NCBI GenBank assembly: GCA_964607465.1
Contig: CAZSKS010000002.1
Coordinates: forward strand, 31,657-90,943
Source: an uncultured Gemmatimonadota bacterium
Lineage (GTDB): Bacteria > Gemmatimonadota > Gemmatimonadetes > Palauibacterales > Palauibacteraceae
DNA: 59,287 bases
Direction of reading: 5' to 3'
Of the stretch, positions 17,878 through 28,182 are shown one piece after another (position 1 is the first letter of the stretch; every line of letters begins with the position of its first letter). Position numbers and translations under genes: made by a program. The notes under the pieces are model-generated. The model did not search any database. It worked only from the letters and a program-made list of their open reading frames with translations, and was not told the DNA's origin.

Positions 17878-18669
17878 GTGGCCGCCACCGCCTGCCCGCA
17901 CTGCGGCCACGAGAGCGAGGATGACGTCTGTCCCCTGTGCGGGACGGACATGCCGCCCGGCCGGGAGCGCCCCTCCCCCGGATCGGCCGGTCGGGACGCG
18001 TCGGGGCGGTCGGCGACGTCGCCGGGGGACGGTGGTCCGGTGGCCTGGGAGGACCCCGCCGTCCCCTTCCCCGTCAATGCCTGGAGGAGCTGGCGCGAAA
18101 GCCTCCTGGAGCCGACCTCCTTCTTCCGCGGGATCGACCACGGGGCCCCGCTGGTCCGGCCGATCCTCTACTTCCTGCTGGTCAGCGTCACCGGGGCGTT
18201 CTTCCATCTCGTCTGGCAGGCGTACCTGTACGTCCCGATGATGGGCCAGGCGGCGGCCTACGGCGGCGACGCCTACGTGATCCAGTTCTTCGCGGCCCCC
18301 TTCGTGGTGCTGGTCGGGCTCGGCTTCCAGACGCTGATCCTCCATCTCTTCGTGCTGATGCTCGCCCCCGAGCGACGGGGGATGGGATCGACGGCCCGGG
18401 TCATCTGCTACGCCTCCGGCCCGGCCCTCCTGAGCATCGTCCCCTTCGTCGGAGCCCTGGCCGGCGGGATATGGGGCCTGGTCCTTCAGGTGGTCGGCAT
18501 CCGGGAGGCGCACCGGACGTCCACGGGCCGGGCCGTGGTCGTGGTCCTCGCCCCGGTCATCCTGGCCTTCCTGGCCGCCGTCCTCCTGATGGTGCTCCTC
18601 GCCCTGGCGATGGGCGGCGGCGAGCTGGCCTCCGGGCCGCCCCCGCCCGTGCCCCTTCCCCTCCCGTGA
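17878..18669 (+). CDS. YIP1-family membrane protein with N-terminal zinc ribbon
   Basis: CPHC...CPLC, then LLEPTSFFR and five TM segments. Confidence 0.7.
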   Translation: MAATACPHCGHESEDDVCPLCGTDMPPGRERPSPGSAGRDASGRSATSPGDGGPVAWEDPAVPFPVNAWRSWRESLLEPTSFFRGIDHGAPLVRPILYFLLVSVTGAFFHLVWQAYLYVPMMGQAAAYGGDAYVIQFFAAPFVVLVGLGFQTLILHLFVLMLAPERRGMGSTARVICYASGPALLSIVPFVGALAGGIWGLVLQVVGIREAHRTSTGRAVVVVLAPVILAFLAAVLLMVLLALAMGGGELASGPPPPVPLPLP

Positions 18670-18715
18670 GCGTCCCGCCACCCGTGACGAGCTCGCTCAC
18701 GGGCCCGCCCCTCTC

Positions 18716-19531
18716 GTGAGCGAAGGGATCGCGCGGAGCGAGGGCCTCGAGCGCGAGGAGTTCGCCCGGGGGCACATTGCTCCGGGCGAGGACCCGGTGG
18801 AGCCCCGGCCCGCGGCCACGATGGTGCTGGCCCGGGAGGGGCGGGACGGCTTCCGGCTCCTGTTCCTGCGGCGTCCGGACGAGGCTCGCTTCGCCGCGGG
18901 GGCGTACGTGTTCCCGGGCGGCGTGGTCGACCCGGAGGACGCGATCCCCGACGCGGGGGAGCGGCTGGGGGAGGGGGTCACCCGGGCGGAGCCGGCGTCG
19001 CTGGCGGCGGCCCTTCGCGAGGGGTTCGAGGAGACGGGGCTCCTGCCGGCCGACCGCCTCCCCGGCGGACGGGAGCTGGAGCGGGCCCGGGGGGACCTCC
19101 TCCGCGGGGAGACGGACCTGACGGCCCTGGTGCGGCGGTGGGACCTGACCTTCCACGGCCTCCGGGCGGCCTACTTCGCCCGCTGGATCACCCCGGCCCG
19201 GCTCTCCCGGCGGTACGACGCCCGCTTCTTCCTGGCGGAGCACCGGGGCGGCGAGCCGCGGCCGGCCGAGGAGGAGCACACCGAGGCCGTCTGGATCGGG
19301 CCGGACGAGGCCCTGCGCCGATTCGGGGCCGGGGAGCTACCGATGCTCTTCCCCACCCGGAAGACCGTGGAGGCGCTGGCGTCCTTCGCCTCCCTGGACG
19401 AGGCCATGGACGCCTTCCGGCGCCGGCGGGTGACGCCGGCCCGGCCCCGCCTGCTGGTGGAGGGGGAGACCGTGGTTCCCGTCCTGCCCGGCGAGGAGGG
19501 CTACGAGCGGGCCGCGCTGGACCGGGGATGA
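18716..19531 (+). CDS. NUDIX hydrolase (NUDT19-like)
   Basis: RPAAT, YVFPGGVVD, ALREGFEETG, RWITP...RRYDARFF. Confidence 0.88.
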   Translation: MSEGIARSEGLEREEFARGHIAPGEDPVEPRPAATMVLAREGRDGFRLLFLRRPDEARFAAGAYVFPGGVVDPEDAIPDAGERLGEGVTRAEPASLAAALREGFEETGLLPADRLPGGRELERARGDLLRGETDLTALVRRWDLTFHGLRAAYFARWITPARLSRRYDARFFLAEHRGGEPRPAEEEHTEAVWIGPDEALRRFGAGELPMLFPTRKTVEALASFASLDEAMDAFRRRRVTPARPRLLVEGETVVPVLPGEEGYERAALDRG

Positions 19532-19538
19532 CGGCGGG

Positions 19539-20462
19539 ATGCCCGGCGCCCGGGCCGGCTCGGGGGGGCGCGACCCTCGCCGGGGCGGGGGGCCTCGGCA
19601 CGGCGGGGGGTCCAGGCGCGCCGGGGGGACGCTGACCGTGCGGGTGCTGGAGCCGGCCGACGGCCTCCGCTGTGCGGTGGCGGACAACCCCGGGCCCATG
19701 ACGCTGGACGGGTCGCGCAACTACCTGGTGGGACGGGACGAGGGCGTCCTCGTGGACCCCGGGCCGGGAGGCGACGGCCAGCGGGAGCGGGTGGCCCGGC
19801 TCCTGGAGGGCGGGCCGTCGGTCTCGGCCGTCGCCCTCACGCACGCCCATCCCGACCACGCCGGCGGAGCCGAGACCGTGGCCCGGGAGCTGGGCGTCGG
19901 GCTGGCCGCCTCGGCCGGGACGCTGGAGCGGCTCGGCGTCGAGGGGCGGATCCTGGAGGACGGGGACGTCCTCCCGCTGGACGGCGGCGACGGCTCGCTC
20001 GCGGCCGTGGCAACTCCCGGCCACTCCGCCGACCACCTGTGCTTCCTCTGGCTGCCCCGCCGGGCCGTGTTCACCGGCGACCTGGTGCTGGGCAGCGGCA
20101 CCGCCATGGTCGGCCACCCCGACGGCCACATGGGCAGCTACCTGGCCAGCCTGGAGCGGCTGATCGAGCTGGAGCCGACCCGCCTCTACCCGGGCCACGG
20201 TGCGCCGGTGGACGGGGCGGTGGAGCGGCTCCGGGCGTACACCGAGCACCGGCGGGAGCGGGAGGAGCAGGTCCGCCGCGCCGTGGAGGAGGGGGCCGGC
20301 TCGGTGGCCGGCATCCGGCGGCGGGTGTACGCCGAGCTGCCCGAGGGCCTGGCCTGGGCGGCCGAGGCCTCCATCCGGGCGCACCTGCTCCACCTGGAGG
20401 AGCGGGGCGCGGAGCTGCCGGAGCTGGGGGGCAGGGAGCCGGGGGCCGCCGGGGGGCACTGA
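19539..20462 (+). CDS. Metallo-beta-lactamase-fold hydrolase (LACTB2-like)
   Basis: NPGPMTLDG, THAHPDH, TPGHSADH, PGHG; true start may be ~19637. Confidence 0.88.
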   Translation: MPGARAGSGGRDPRRGGGPRHGGGSRRAGGTLTVRVLEPADGLRCAVADNPGPMTLDGSRNYLVGRDEGVLVDPGPGGDGQRERVARLLEGGPSVSAVALTHAHPDHAGGAETVARELGVGLAASAGTLERLGVEGRILEDGDVLPLDGGDGSLAAVATPGHSADHLCFLWLPRRAVFTGDLVLGSGTAMVGHPDGHMGSYLASLERLIELEPTRLYPGHGAPVDGAVERLRAYTEHRREREEQVRRAVEEGAGSVAGIRRRVYAELPEGLAWAAEASIRAHLLHLEERGAELPELGGREPGAAGGH

Positions 20463-20480
20463 GCGGGCCGCGGCGGTCCG

Positions 20481-21629
20481 TCAGCCGGCGGACCGCCCCT
20501 CGCCGCGGATCTGCTCCAGGATCCTGTGGTTCGCCGCCGGGAAGGGGAGCTCGTCCAGGCGGCCCGGCTCCATCCAGCGCCAGTCCGTGGCCGAGCGGGC
20601 CTCGGGCTCGCCGGCCAGCACCCGGGCGTGGAAGGGATGGAGGGTCACCCGAAAATGGCTGTAGGCGTGGTTCACCGGCTCCAGGGTCCCGGTGACCTCC
20701 ACCTCCACGGCCACCTCCTCCCTCAGCTCCCGGCAGACGGCCTCGCGGGGGGACTCCCCGTCCTCCACCTTGCCGCCGGGGAACTCCCACAGGCCGCCCA
20801 GGAGCCCGTCCGGCGGGCGCCGCTGCACCAGCACGCGGCCGCGGGGGTCCCACACGACGCCCACCGCGACCCGCCGGTGGGGGATCTCCCGGCGGGGCGC
20901 GGCGGGCGGCCGCTCGGCCACCGTCCCCCGCTCCCGGGCCAGGCAGCTCCCGGCCGCCGGGCACGTCGCGCACGACGGGTCCCGGGGCGTGCAGATCCCG
21001 CCCCCCAGGTCCATCAGCGCCTGGTTCAGCTCGGCGGGCTCGTCGGGCCGGGCGTCGAGCAGCTTCCGGGCGGCCGCCTCCAGCCGGGCCGGCGTCGGCT
21101 CGGCCAGGTCGAACAGGCGGGCGAGGACGCGCCGCACGTTGCCGTCCACCGCCGGCTCCGCCTCGCCGAAGGCCATGCTGGCGACGGCCCCCGCGGTGTA
21201 GGGGCCCACGCCGGGAAGCTCCCGCAGCCGGTCGGCCGTCCGCGGCAGCTCGCCGCCGTAGCGCTCCATCACCTCCCGGGCCGCCCGGTGCAGCCGGCGG
21301 GCCCGGGCGTAGTAGCCGAGGCCCTCCCAGGCCTTGAGCACCTCCTGCTGGTCCGCGTCGGCCAGGGTCCCCACGTTCGGGAAGCGCTCCAGGAAGTCGC
21401 GGTAGTAGTCCCGGACGGTGGAGATGCGGGTCTGCTGGGCCATGACCTCGGCCACCCAGATCCGGTACGGATCCGACTCGCCCCGTCCGGGGACGTCCCG
21501 CTCCCGGCCGCGGTACCAGCCGAGGAGCGCGTCGGCGGCCGCCGCGGCGTCCACGGGGCGTTCCTCGCCGGCGGGCGGGCCCTCCTCGCCGCCGGAGCGG
21601 GCGGGCCGGGAGGCCGGCTCCCGGCTCAC
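20481..21629 (-). CDS. mutY: A/G-specific adenine glycosylase MutY with C-terminal NUDIX domain
   Basis: EVMAQQT, WEGLGYY, LPGVGPYTA, VDGNV, 4Fe-4S CTPRDPSCATCP...C; GTG overlaps dapF stop. Confidence 0.95.
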   Translation of the reverse strand: MSREPASRPARSGGEEGPPAGEERPVDAAAAADALLGWYRGRERDVPGRGESDPYRIWVAEVMAQQTRISTVRDYYRDFLERFPNVGTLADADQQEVLKAWEGLGYYARARRLHRAAREVMERYGGELPRTADRLRELPGVGPYTAGAVASMAFGEAEPAVDGNVRRVLARLFDLAEPTPARLEAAARKLLDARPDEPAELNQALMDLGGGICTPRDPSCATCPAAGSCLARERGTVAERPPAAPRREIPHRRVAVGVVWDPRGRVLVQRRPPDGLLGGLWEFPGGKVEDGESPREAVCRELREEVAVEVEVTGTLEPVNHAYSHFRVTLHPFHARVLAGEPEARSATDWRWMEPGRLDELPFPAANHRILEQIRGEGRSAG

Positions 21630-22504
21630 GTCCGCCGGCTTCCTTCGGCGGCCGCCTCCCCGAGCGGCGCCTCCCCCGGGTCCGGGAAGCGACCGACGAA
21701 GAGCCCGCGTGCGGGACCGGTGAGCCGGATGTGGCGCGGCCGGACCTCGTCCGCCGGGGCGTCGGATCCCGGCGGCCCCTTCTCCACCTGCACCGTCAGG
21801 ACGGCGCCGCTCCGGGTCTCCAGCTCGACCCGTGCCCCGGCCCGGTCCGCGGCGCCCAGGGCGAAGGCCGCCGCCATGGCCCCGGATCCGCAGGCGGCGG
21901 TCTCCCCCTCCACGCCCCGCTCGAAGGTTCGGATCCGGCCCCGGCCCGGCGACGCCAGCGCCACCAGGTCCACGTTGGCCCCCTCGGGCCCCAGGTCGGG
22001 GTGGGAGCGGATCGGCCGGCAGATCTCCTCGATGGGACCGTCGGGCAGGTCGTCCAGGGGGAGGACCAGGTGGGGGGTGCCGATCCGCACCAGCCAGCCG
22101 GTGCGCCGGCCGCCGGGGAAGGGCACGTCGTGCTCGCCCGCCACGCCGGCCTCGATGCGGTAGGCCAGCGTCACGGCGTCCCCCTCGACCCGGGCGTCGA
22201 TGGGCCCCTCTGCGGTGACGAGACGCACCGTGCCGCCCGGGGCCAGCCCCCGGTCGGCGGCCCACCGGGCCACGCACCGGCTGCCGTTGCCGCAGGTGCC
22301 GAACTCGCTGCCGTCGGGGTTGAAGAAGCGGACGCGCAGCGCCCCGTCGGGGGCCCTCTCCACCAGGGCCATCCCGTCGACGCCCACCCCGGTGGAGCGG
22401 GGGCAGATCCTGCGGGCGGCCCGGGAGGGGTCGGCGTCCAGGCCGGAGACGTCGACGACCACGAAGTCGTTGCCGGCGCCGGTGTACTTGCTGAACTCGA
22501 GCAT
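21626..22504 (-). CDS. dapF: Diaminopimelate epimerase
   Basis: KYTGAGNDF, NPDGSEFGTCGNG, ERGVEGETAACGSG. Confidence 0.93.
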   Translation of the reverse strand: MLEFSKYTGAGNDFVVVDVSGLDADPSRAARRICPRSTGVGVDGMALVERAPDGALRVRFFNPDGSEFGTCGNGSRCVARWAADRGLAPGGTVRLVTAEGPIDARVEGDAVTLAYRIEAGVAGEHDVPFPGGRRTGWLVRIGTPHLVLPLDDLPDGPIEEICRPIRSHPDLGPEGANVDLVALASPGRGRIRTFERGVEGETAACGSGAMAAAFALGAADRAGARVELETRSGAVLTVQVEKGPPGSDAPADEVRPRHIRLTGPARGLFVGRFPDPGEAPLGEAAAEGSRRT

Positions 22505-22789
22505 CTCTCCGTCCCCCGTACGACGGCCGCGGCCTCCGGGGAGGTCCGCGGCCGCGGGTGCGCCGTCCGACCTGGCTCGACGCGGTGCCGGCGGCGACCG
22601 CGCGGAGGCCGAAGCTATCCCCGGGGTGCGGGGGGCGGCAAACGGCCGCGCTCCCGCCGCGTCCCGCTCTGCGCCGCCGGGTGGCGGGCCGTTATCTTTC
22701 CGGGCGGCGGCGCATCCCGGCCGCTCCGATCCCGGAGCCGGCGGGCCGGCGCCCCCCGCCCCGACACCGCACCCCGCAGGGAGGAACGC

Positions 22790-23854
22790 ATGCCTCGCTT
22801 CATCGCCAGGAAGTCGCACAAGGTGGGCCTCGCGCCGGGGAGCCTCGTGCCGGTGGAGGTGCCCGGCTCCGGGCCGGTGAGGATGCACGTGCTGGATTAC
22901 GACACCGAGGGGCTCCGCGAGCGCGACGTGGAGGAGCTGGAGGAGACCCTCCCCCTCCGCGACTCGCCCACGGTGACCTGGCTCAACGTGGACGGCCTCC
23001 ACGACGTGGAGCTCCTGGAGGGCCTCGGCGAGCGGTTCGGCCTGCACCCGCTGGTGCTGGAGGACGTCCTCAACACGGGGCACCGGCCGAAGATGGAGGA
23101 GTTCGACGACTACCTCTTCATCGTCCTGAAGATGCTGACCTTCGACGTCGAGAAGCGGCGGCTGGAGGACGAGCAGGTGAGCCTCGTCGTGGGCCCGAGC
23201 TTCGTCCTCACCTTCCAGGAGCGGAGCGGGGACGTGCTGGACCCGGTCCGGGAGCGGATCCGCGGTGCGAAGGGTCGGATCCGGCGGATGGGCCCCGACT
23301 ACCTGGCCTACGCGGTCATGGACGCCATCGTGGACCACTACTTCGTGGTCCTGGAGCGGGCGGGGGAGTGGATCGAGGAGCTGGAAGCGGAGCTGGTGGA
23401 GGACCCTGGCATGGAGACCATGCGGGAGATCCACCGGCTCAAGCGCGAGCTCCTGCTCTTCCGGAAGGCGGTGTGGCCGGTGCGGGAGGTGGCCGGGAAC
23501 CTCCTGCGGGAGGAGAGCGAGCTGGTGGACCCGGAGGTGCGGCCCTTCGTCCGGGACCTGTACGACCACGCCGTGCAGATCATCGACACCGGCGAGACCC
23601 TCCGGGACCTGGCCTCCGGCATGCTGGACACCTACCTGTCCAGCGTCAGCAACCGCATGAACGAGATCATGAAGGTGCTCACCATCATGGCCAGCATCTT
23701 CATCCCGCTGACCTTCATCGCCGGGATCTACGGCATGAACTTCGAGTGGATGCCCGAGCTGGGCTGGCGGTGGGGCTATCCCGCGGCGCTGGGGCTCATG
23801 GCCGTGATCGGCGGGGGCATGGTGCTGTATTTCCGGGCGAAGGACTGGCTCTGA
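22790..23854 (+). CDS. corA: Magnesium/cobalt transporter CorA
   Basis: HPLVLEDV, YGMNF, MPEL. Confidence 0.95.
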   Translation: MPRFIARKSHKVGLAPGSLVPVEVPGSGPVRMHVLDYDTEGLRERDVEELEETLPLRDSPTVTWLNVDGLHDVELLEGLGERFGLHPLVLEDVLNTGHRPKMEEFDDYLFIVLKMLTFDVEKRRLEDEQVSLVVGPSFVLTFQERSGDVLDPVRERIRGAKGRIRRMGPDYLAYAVMDAIVDHYFVVLERAGEWIEELEAELVEDPGMETMREIHRLKRELLLFRKAVWPVREVAGNLLREESELVDPEVRPFVRDLYDHAVQIIDTGETLRDLASGMLDTYLSSVSNRMNEIMKVLTIMASIFIPLTFIAGIYGMNFEWMPELGWRWGYPAALGLMAVIGGGMVLYFRAKDWL

Positions 23855-23946
23855 GGCCCGCGGGGCCGGCGGGGCCGCGGGCGACGCCGGCGGGGCCCCG
23901 CCCGGCGCCGGGCCGAGGGTCGGGAGCACGGTCCGGCGATCGGAGG

Positions 23947-23976
23947 TTGCAGGCGTCCCTCCGGGCCGGGTATTCT
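23947..23976 (+). promoter_or_regulatory. Putative gcv operon promoter
   Basis: TTGCAG-N18-TATTCT. Confidence 0.4.
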
Positions 23977-24029
23977 CCGGTCGCCACGCCGGCCGGGGAG
24001 CGGCCGCACACCACCAGGCGGAGGGGACG

Positions 24030-24419
24030 ATGGCCGAGGTGCCGCAGGGGCTGCGCTACAGCGAGGAGCACGAGTACGTGAGGGAGACGGAGACCGAGGG
24101 CGAGTACGTGGTGGGAATCACCGACTACGCCCAGGCCGAACTCGGCGACGTGGTCTTCGTCGAGCTCCCCGCCCCCGGAGACGCCTTCGACCGCATGGAC
24201 GTCTTCGGCACCATCGAGGCGGTGAAGGCGGTCTCCGAACTCTTCTCCCCCCTGTCGGGCGAGGTCGTGGAGGTGAACGAGCAGCTGGAGCAGGACCCCG
24301 CGCTGGTGAACTCCGACCCCTACGGCGACGGCTGGATGATCCGCCTGGCGGCCTCCGATCCGGCGGAGCTGGACGAGCTCCTCGGCGCGGCGGGCTACGA
24401 GGAGCACATCTCGGCCTGA
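24030..24419 (+). CDS. gcvH: Glycine cleavage system H protein
   Basis: GITDYAQAELGDVVFVELP, IEAVKA lipoyl-Lys, NSDPYGDGW. Confidence 0.97.
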   Translation: MAEVPQGLRYSEEHEYVRETETEGEYVVGITDYAQAELGDVVFVELPAPGDAFDRMDVFGTIEAVKAVSELFSPLSGEVVEVNEQLEQDPALVNSDPYGDGWMIRLAASDPAELDELLGAAGYEEHISA

Positions 24420-24499
24420 CGCGTCCGGCCGCCCTCCGCGCCCCGCTCCGGGGCGGCCGACGGCAGCGGCGGGCCGCCGCACCCAACGAGAGAAGATCC

Positions 24500-25846
24500 T
24501 TGTCCTTCGTACCGCACAGCGACGCCGACCGTCGCGAGATGCTCGAGGCCATCGGCGTCTCCGACGTCCGGGACCTGTACGACGGCGTGCCCGCCTCCCT
24601 GCTGCTGGACGGCGAGCTCGACCTGCCCGACGCCCTGTCGGAGTGGGAGGCGGTCCGCCTGCTCGAGGGGCTGGCGGCCCGCAACGAGAGCCTGACGAGC
24701 TTCGCGGGCGCCGGCATGTACGACCACCACGTCCCGGCGGCCGTGGACCACCTGCTCCGGCGGAGCGAGTTCTACACCGCCTACACGCCCTACCAGCCCG
24801 AGGTCGCCCAGGGCACCCTGCAGGCCATCTACGAGTTCCAGACGATGGTCTGCGAGCTGACCGGCATGGAGGTGGCCAACGCCTCGATCTACGACGGCGC
24901 CACGGCCACGGCCGAGGCGGCGCTCATGGCGATCTCGGCCACCCGGCGGGAGCGCGTGGTCCTCGCCGGCAACCTCCACCCGTACTACGGCCGCGTCGTC
25001 CGCACCTACACGTCGGGGACCGCCTCGGCGGTGGACGTCGTGGCCCCGGGGCCCGACGGCAGGATGGACGCCGGGTCGGCGGCCGGGGCGCTGGACGACG
25101 AGACCGCCTGCCTGGTGGTCCAGAACCCCAACTTCCTCGGGGGGCTGGAGGAGCTGGAGCCGCTGGCCGACGCCGCCCACGAGGCCGGGGCGCTGCTCGT
25201 CGTCGCGGTGGCGGACCCCGTGTCGCTGGCCCTGATCCGCCCGCCGGGGGAGGCCGGGGCCGACATCGTGACCGGGGAGGGCCAGCCCTTCGGCAACGCC
25301 ATGAGCTTCGGCGGCCCGGCCCTGGGCCTCTTCGCGGCCCGGGAGGAGTTCATACGGCGCATGCCGGGACGGATCGCCGGGGCCACCGTGGACGAGGACG
25401 GGCGGCGCGGCTACGTCCTCACCCTGCAGACCCGGGAGCAGCAGATTCGGAGGGAGAAGGCCACCAGCAACATCTGCACGAACCAGGGGCTCAACGCCCT
25501 GGCGGCCACCCTCTACCTGGCCACGGTGGGTCGGGAGGGCCTCCGGCGGGTGGCGGAGGCGTCGACGCAGAACGCCCACTGGGCCCGGGCCCGGGTGGAG
25601 GCGACCGACGGCGTGGAGCAGATCCATCCCGACGTCCCCTTCCTGCGGGAGTTCGCCGTCCGCACCCGGGAGGATCCCGGCGAGGTGCTCCGTCGGGGCC
25701 GGGAGCGGGGGCTGCTGGCCGGGGTGGACCTGGCGCGCTTTCCCGAGCTGGGGGTGGGGGAGGGGCTCCTGCTGGCCTTCACCGAGAAGCGGGACCGCGA
25801 GGAGATCGACGCGCTGATCGAGACGCTGCGGGGCGGCGAGGCCTGA
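24500..25846 (+). CDS. gcvPA: Glycine dehydrogenase subunit 1
   Basis: EFYTAYTPYQPEVAQG, QTREQQIRREKATSNICTNQ. Confidence 0.96.
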   Translation: MSFVPHSDADRREMLEAIGVSDVRDLYDGVPASLLLDGELDLPDALSEWEAVRLLEGLAARNESLTSFAGAGMYDHHVPAAVDHLLRRSEFYTAYTPYQPEVAQGTLQAIYEFQTMVCELTGMEVANASIYDGATATAEAALMAISATRRERVVLAGNLHPYYGRVVRTYTSGTASAVDVVAPGPDGRMDAGSAAGALDDETACLVVQNPNFLGGLEELEPLADAAHEAGALLVVAVADPVSLALIRPPGEAGADIVTGEGQPFGNAMSFGGPALGLFAAREEFIRRMPGRIAGATVDEDGRRGYVLTLQTREQQIRREKATSNICTNQGLNALAATLYLATVGREGLRRVAEASTQNAHWARARVEATDGVEQIHPDVPFLREFAVRTREDPGEVLRRGRERGLLAGVDLARFPELGVGEGLLLAFTEKRDREEIDALIETLRGGEA

Positions 25847-25899
25847 GCGGGCCGGCCCGCGGCCGGAGCTGCGAGAGGCACGAGTGCGAGGAGGCGACC

Positions 25900-26592
25900 A
25901 TGGGACAGCTGACCTTTCACGGCCACGCCTGTACGGAGATCGTCACCGACGACGGCACCCGGCTGCTGGTGGACCCCTGGCTCACCGACAACGACCTGGC
26001 GGTCGTCGGACCCGATCATTTCCACGACGGGCTGGACTACGTGCTGCTGACGCACGGGCACTTCGACCACACCGGCGACGCCTGGGACATCCTGCGGGAG
26101 ACGGGCGCCACCCTGGTGGCCACCTTCGAGCTGGTGGCCTACGGGCAGAACGAGGAGGGCGTGGAGGCGGCCCACCCGCTCCACATCGGCGGCGGGCACG
26201 ACTTCCCCTTCGGCCGCGTCCAGCTCACCCCGGCTTTCCACGGCGGCCAGGTGGCGGGCGAGAACGGAGGACCCTACACGACCTTCCCCGCCGGCCTCCT
26301 GCTGCAGCTGGACGGGACGACGATCTACCACGCCGGGGACACGTCCCTGACGAAGGAGATGGAGCTGCTGGAGGGGCGGGTGGACATCGCCCTGCTCCCC
26401 ATCGGCGACAACTTCACCATGGGACCGGAGGACGCGGCGAGGGCCGTCCGGATGTTCGGGCCCGACACGGTGATCCCGATCCACTACGACACCTTCGAGC
26501 TCATCGAGCAGGACCCGGAGGCGTACCGGCGGCTGGTCGGGGACGCTGCCGAGGTGGTGGTGCTGGAGCCCGGGGAGACGCATGAGTTCTGA
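25900..26592 (+). CDS. Metal-dependent hydrolase, MBL fold (UPF0173-like)
   Basis: GHAC, LTHGHFDH, YHAGDT, LLPIGDNFTMG, PIHYDTF; GGAGG before ATG 25900. Confidence 0.9.
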   Translation: MGQLTFHGHACTEIVTDDGTRLLVDPWLTDNDLAVVGPDHFHDGLDYVLLTHGHFDHTGDAWDILRETGATLVATFELVAYGQNEEGVEAAHPLHIGGGHDFPFGRVQLTPAFHGGQVAGENGGPYTTFPAGLLLQLDGTTIYHAGDTSLTKEMELLEGRVDIALLPIGDNFTMGPEDAARAVRMFGPDTVIPIHYDTFELIEQDPEAYRRLVGDAAEVVVLEPGETHEF

Positions 26593-28150
26593 GGACGGAC
26601 GCGCGGCGATCGAGGCGCCGGCCGCCGCCGGCCGGGAGGAGGCCGGGTCCCCGGGGGCGAGGGAGGCGTCCTCGTTCCCCTTCAAGGGACCCCACACCCC
26701 GACGATCTTCGAGAAGTCACGGGGCGGCAGGGGAGGCACGGCGGTGCCGGACCCCGGCGTCCCGACCCGCCCGCTCGGGGACCTGGTGCCCGCCCGACAC
26801 CTGCGGGAGGACGCCCCCCGGCTGCCGGAGGTCCCGGAGCACGAGGCGGTCCGCCACTACACCGAGATCTCCCTCAAGAACCACCACGTGGACCGGGGCC
26901 TCTATCCCCTGGGGTCGTGCACGATGAAGTACAATCCCAAGGCGAACGAGGCGACGGCCCGCCTTCCGGGCTTCGCGGGCCTGCACCCCTTCGCCCCCGA
27001 CGAGGCCGTCCAGGGCGCGCTGGAGCTGATGCACGAGCTGGGCGAGATGCTGAAGGAGATCGCCGGCCTGGACGCCGTCAGCCTCCAGCCGGCCGCCGGG
27101 GCCCAGGGCGAGCTGACGGGCGTCTTCCTCATGCGGGCCTACCACCGGAAGCGGGGCGACGGGGAGCGCCGCAGGGTGCTCATCCCCGACTCGGCCCACG
27201 GGACCAACCCGGCCACGGTGGCCCTGGCGGACATGGAGGTGGTGGAGCTGGCCTCCAACGAGGAGGGCCGCCTGGACCTGGACGCCCTGGAGGGGGCCCT
27301 GGACGACGAGCTGGCCGGCGTGATGCTGACCAACCCGAACACCCTCGGGGTGTTCGAGTCCGACATCGAGGAGATCAGCCGGCGGGTTCACGAGGCCGGC
27401 GGGCTGATGTACATGGACGGGGCGAACCTGAACGCCCTCATGGGCCTGACCCGTCCCGGGGCGATGGGCTACGACATCGTCCACTTCAACCTGCACAAGA
27501 CGTTCAGCACCCCCCACGGCGGAGGCGGCCCCGGGTCAGGGCCCGTCGCGGTGCGTGACGCCCTGGAGCCCTTCCTCCCGGTCCCCTCGGTGGAGGCGCG
27601 GGACGGTGGCTATGGCCTGGAGTGGGACCGGCCCGACTCCATCGGCAAGATCCACGGCTTCTACGGCAACTTCGGGGTCCTGGTACGGGCCTACACCTAC
27701 ATCCGGATGCTGGGCCGGGAGGGGATCCGGGAGACGGCCGAGGCCGCGGTCCTGAACAACGCCTACGTCAGCGCCCGGATGTCGGAACGCTATCCGCTCC
27801 CCTACGGCCGGGGGCTCCACGAGTCGGTCTACTCCGGCAAGCGCCTGAAGGACGAGCACGGCGTGCGCACCATGGACGTGGCCAAGCGGCTGCTGGACTA
27901 CGGCTTTCACGCGCCGACCATCTACTTCCCGCTGATCGTGGAGGAGGCGCTGATGACCGAGCCCACCGAGACCGAGACGCGGGAGGAGCTGGACCGATTC
28001 GTCCAGGCCATGGAGGCCATCGCGCGGGAGGCCGCCGAGGACCCGGAGCGGGTGACGTCGGCCCCCCACACGACGCCGGTGCGGCGCATGGACGAGGGCC
28101 GGGCCGGCCGGCAGCTGGACGTGAGGTGGACGTTCCCGGAAGGGGGGTGA
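26582..28150 (+). CDS. gcvPB: Glycine dehydrogenase subunit 2
   Basis: PLGSCTMKYNP, HFNLHKTFSTPHGGGGPG. Confidence 0.96.
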   Translation: MSSEDGRAAIEAPAAAGREEAGSPGAREASSFPFKGPHTPTIFEKSRGGRGGTAVPDPGVPTRPLGDLVPARHLREDAPRLPEVPEHEAVRHYTEISLKNHHVDRGLYPLGSCTMKYNPKANEATARLPGFAGLHPFAPDEAVQGALELMHELGEMLKEIAGLDAVSLQPAAGAQGELTGVFLMRAYHRKRGDGERRRVLIPDSAHGTNPATVALADMEVVELASNEEGRLDLDALEGALDDELAGVMLTNPNTLGVFESDIEEISRRVHEAGGLMYMDGANLNALMGLTRPGAMGYDIVHFNLHKTFSTPHGGGGPGSGPVAVRDALEPFLPVPSVEARDGGYGLEWDRPDSIGKIHGFYGNFGVLVRAYTYIRMLGREGIRETAEAAVLNNAYVSARMSERYPLPYGRGLHESVYSGKRLKDEHGVRTMDVAKRLLDYGFHAPTIYFPLIVEEALMTEPTETETREELDRFVQAMEAIAREAAEDPERVTSAPHTTPVRRMDEGRAGRQLDVRWTFPEGG

Positions 28151-28182
28151 GACGGGGGCAGGCCTGCCCCTCGTCCGACGCC

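Noticed and set aside
23855-24029. Glycine riboswitch upstream of gcvH
   Set aside because: No recognisable aptamer motifs and too little room after the putative promoter.
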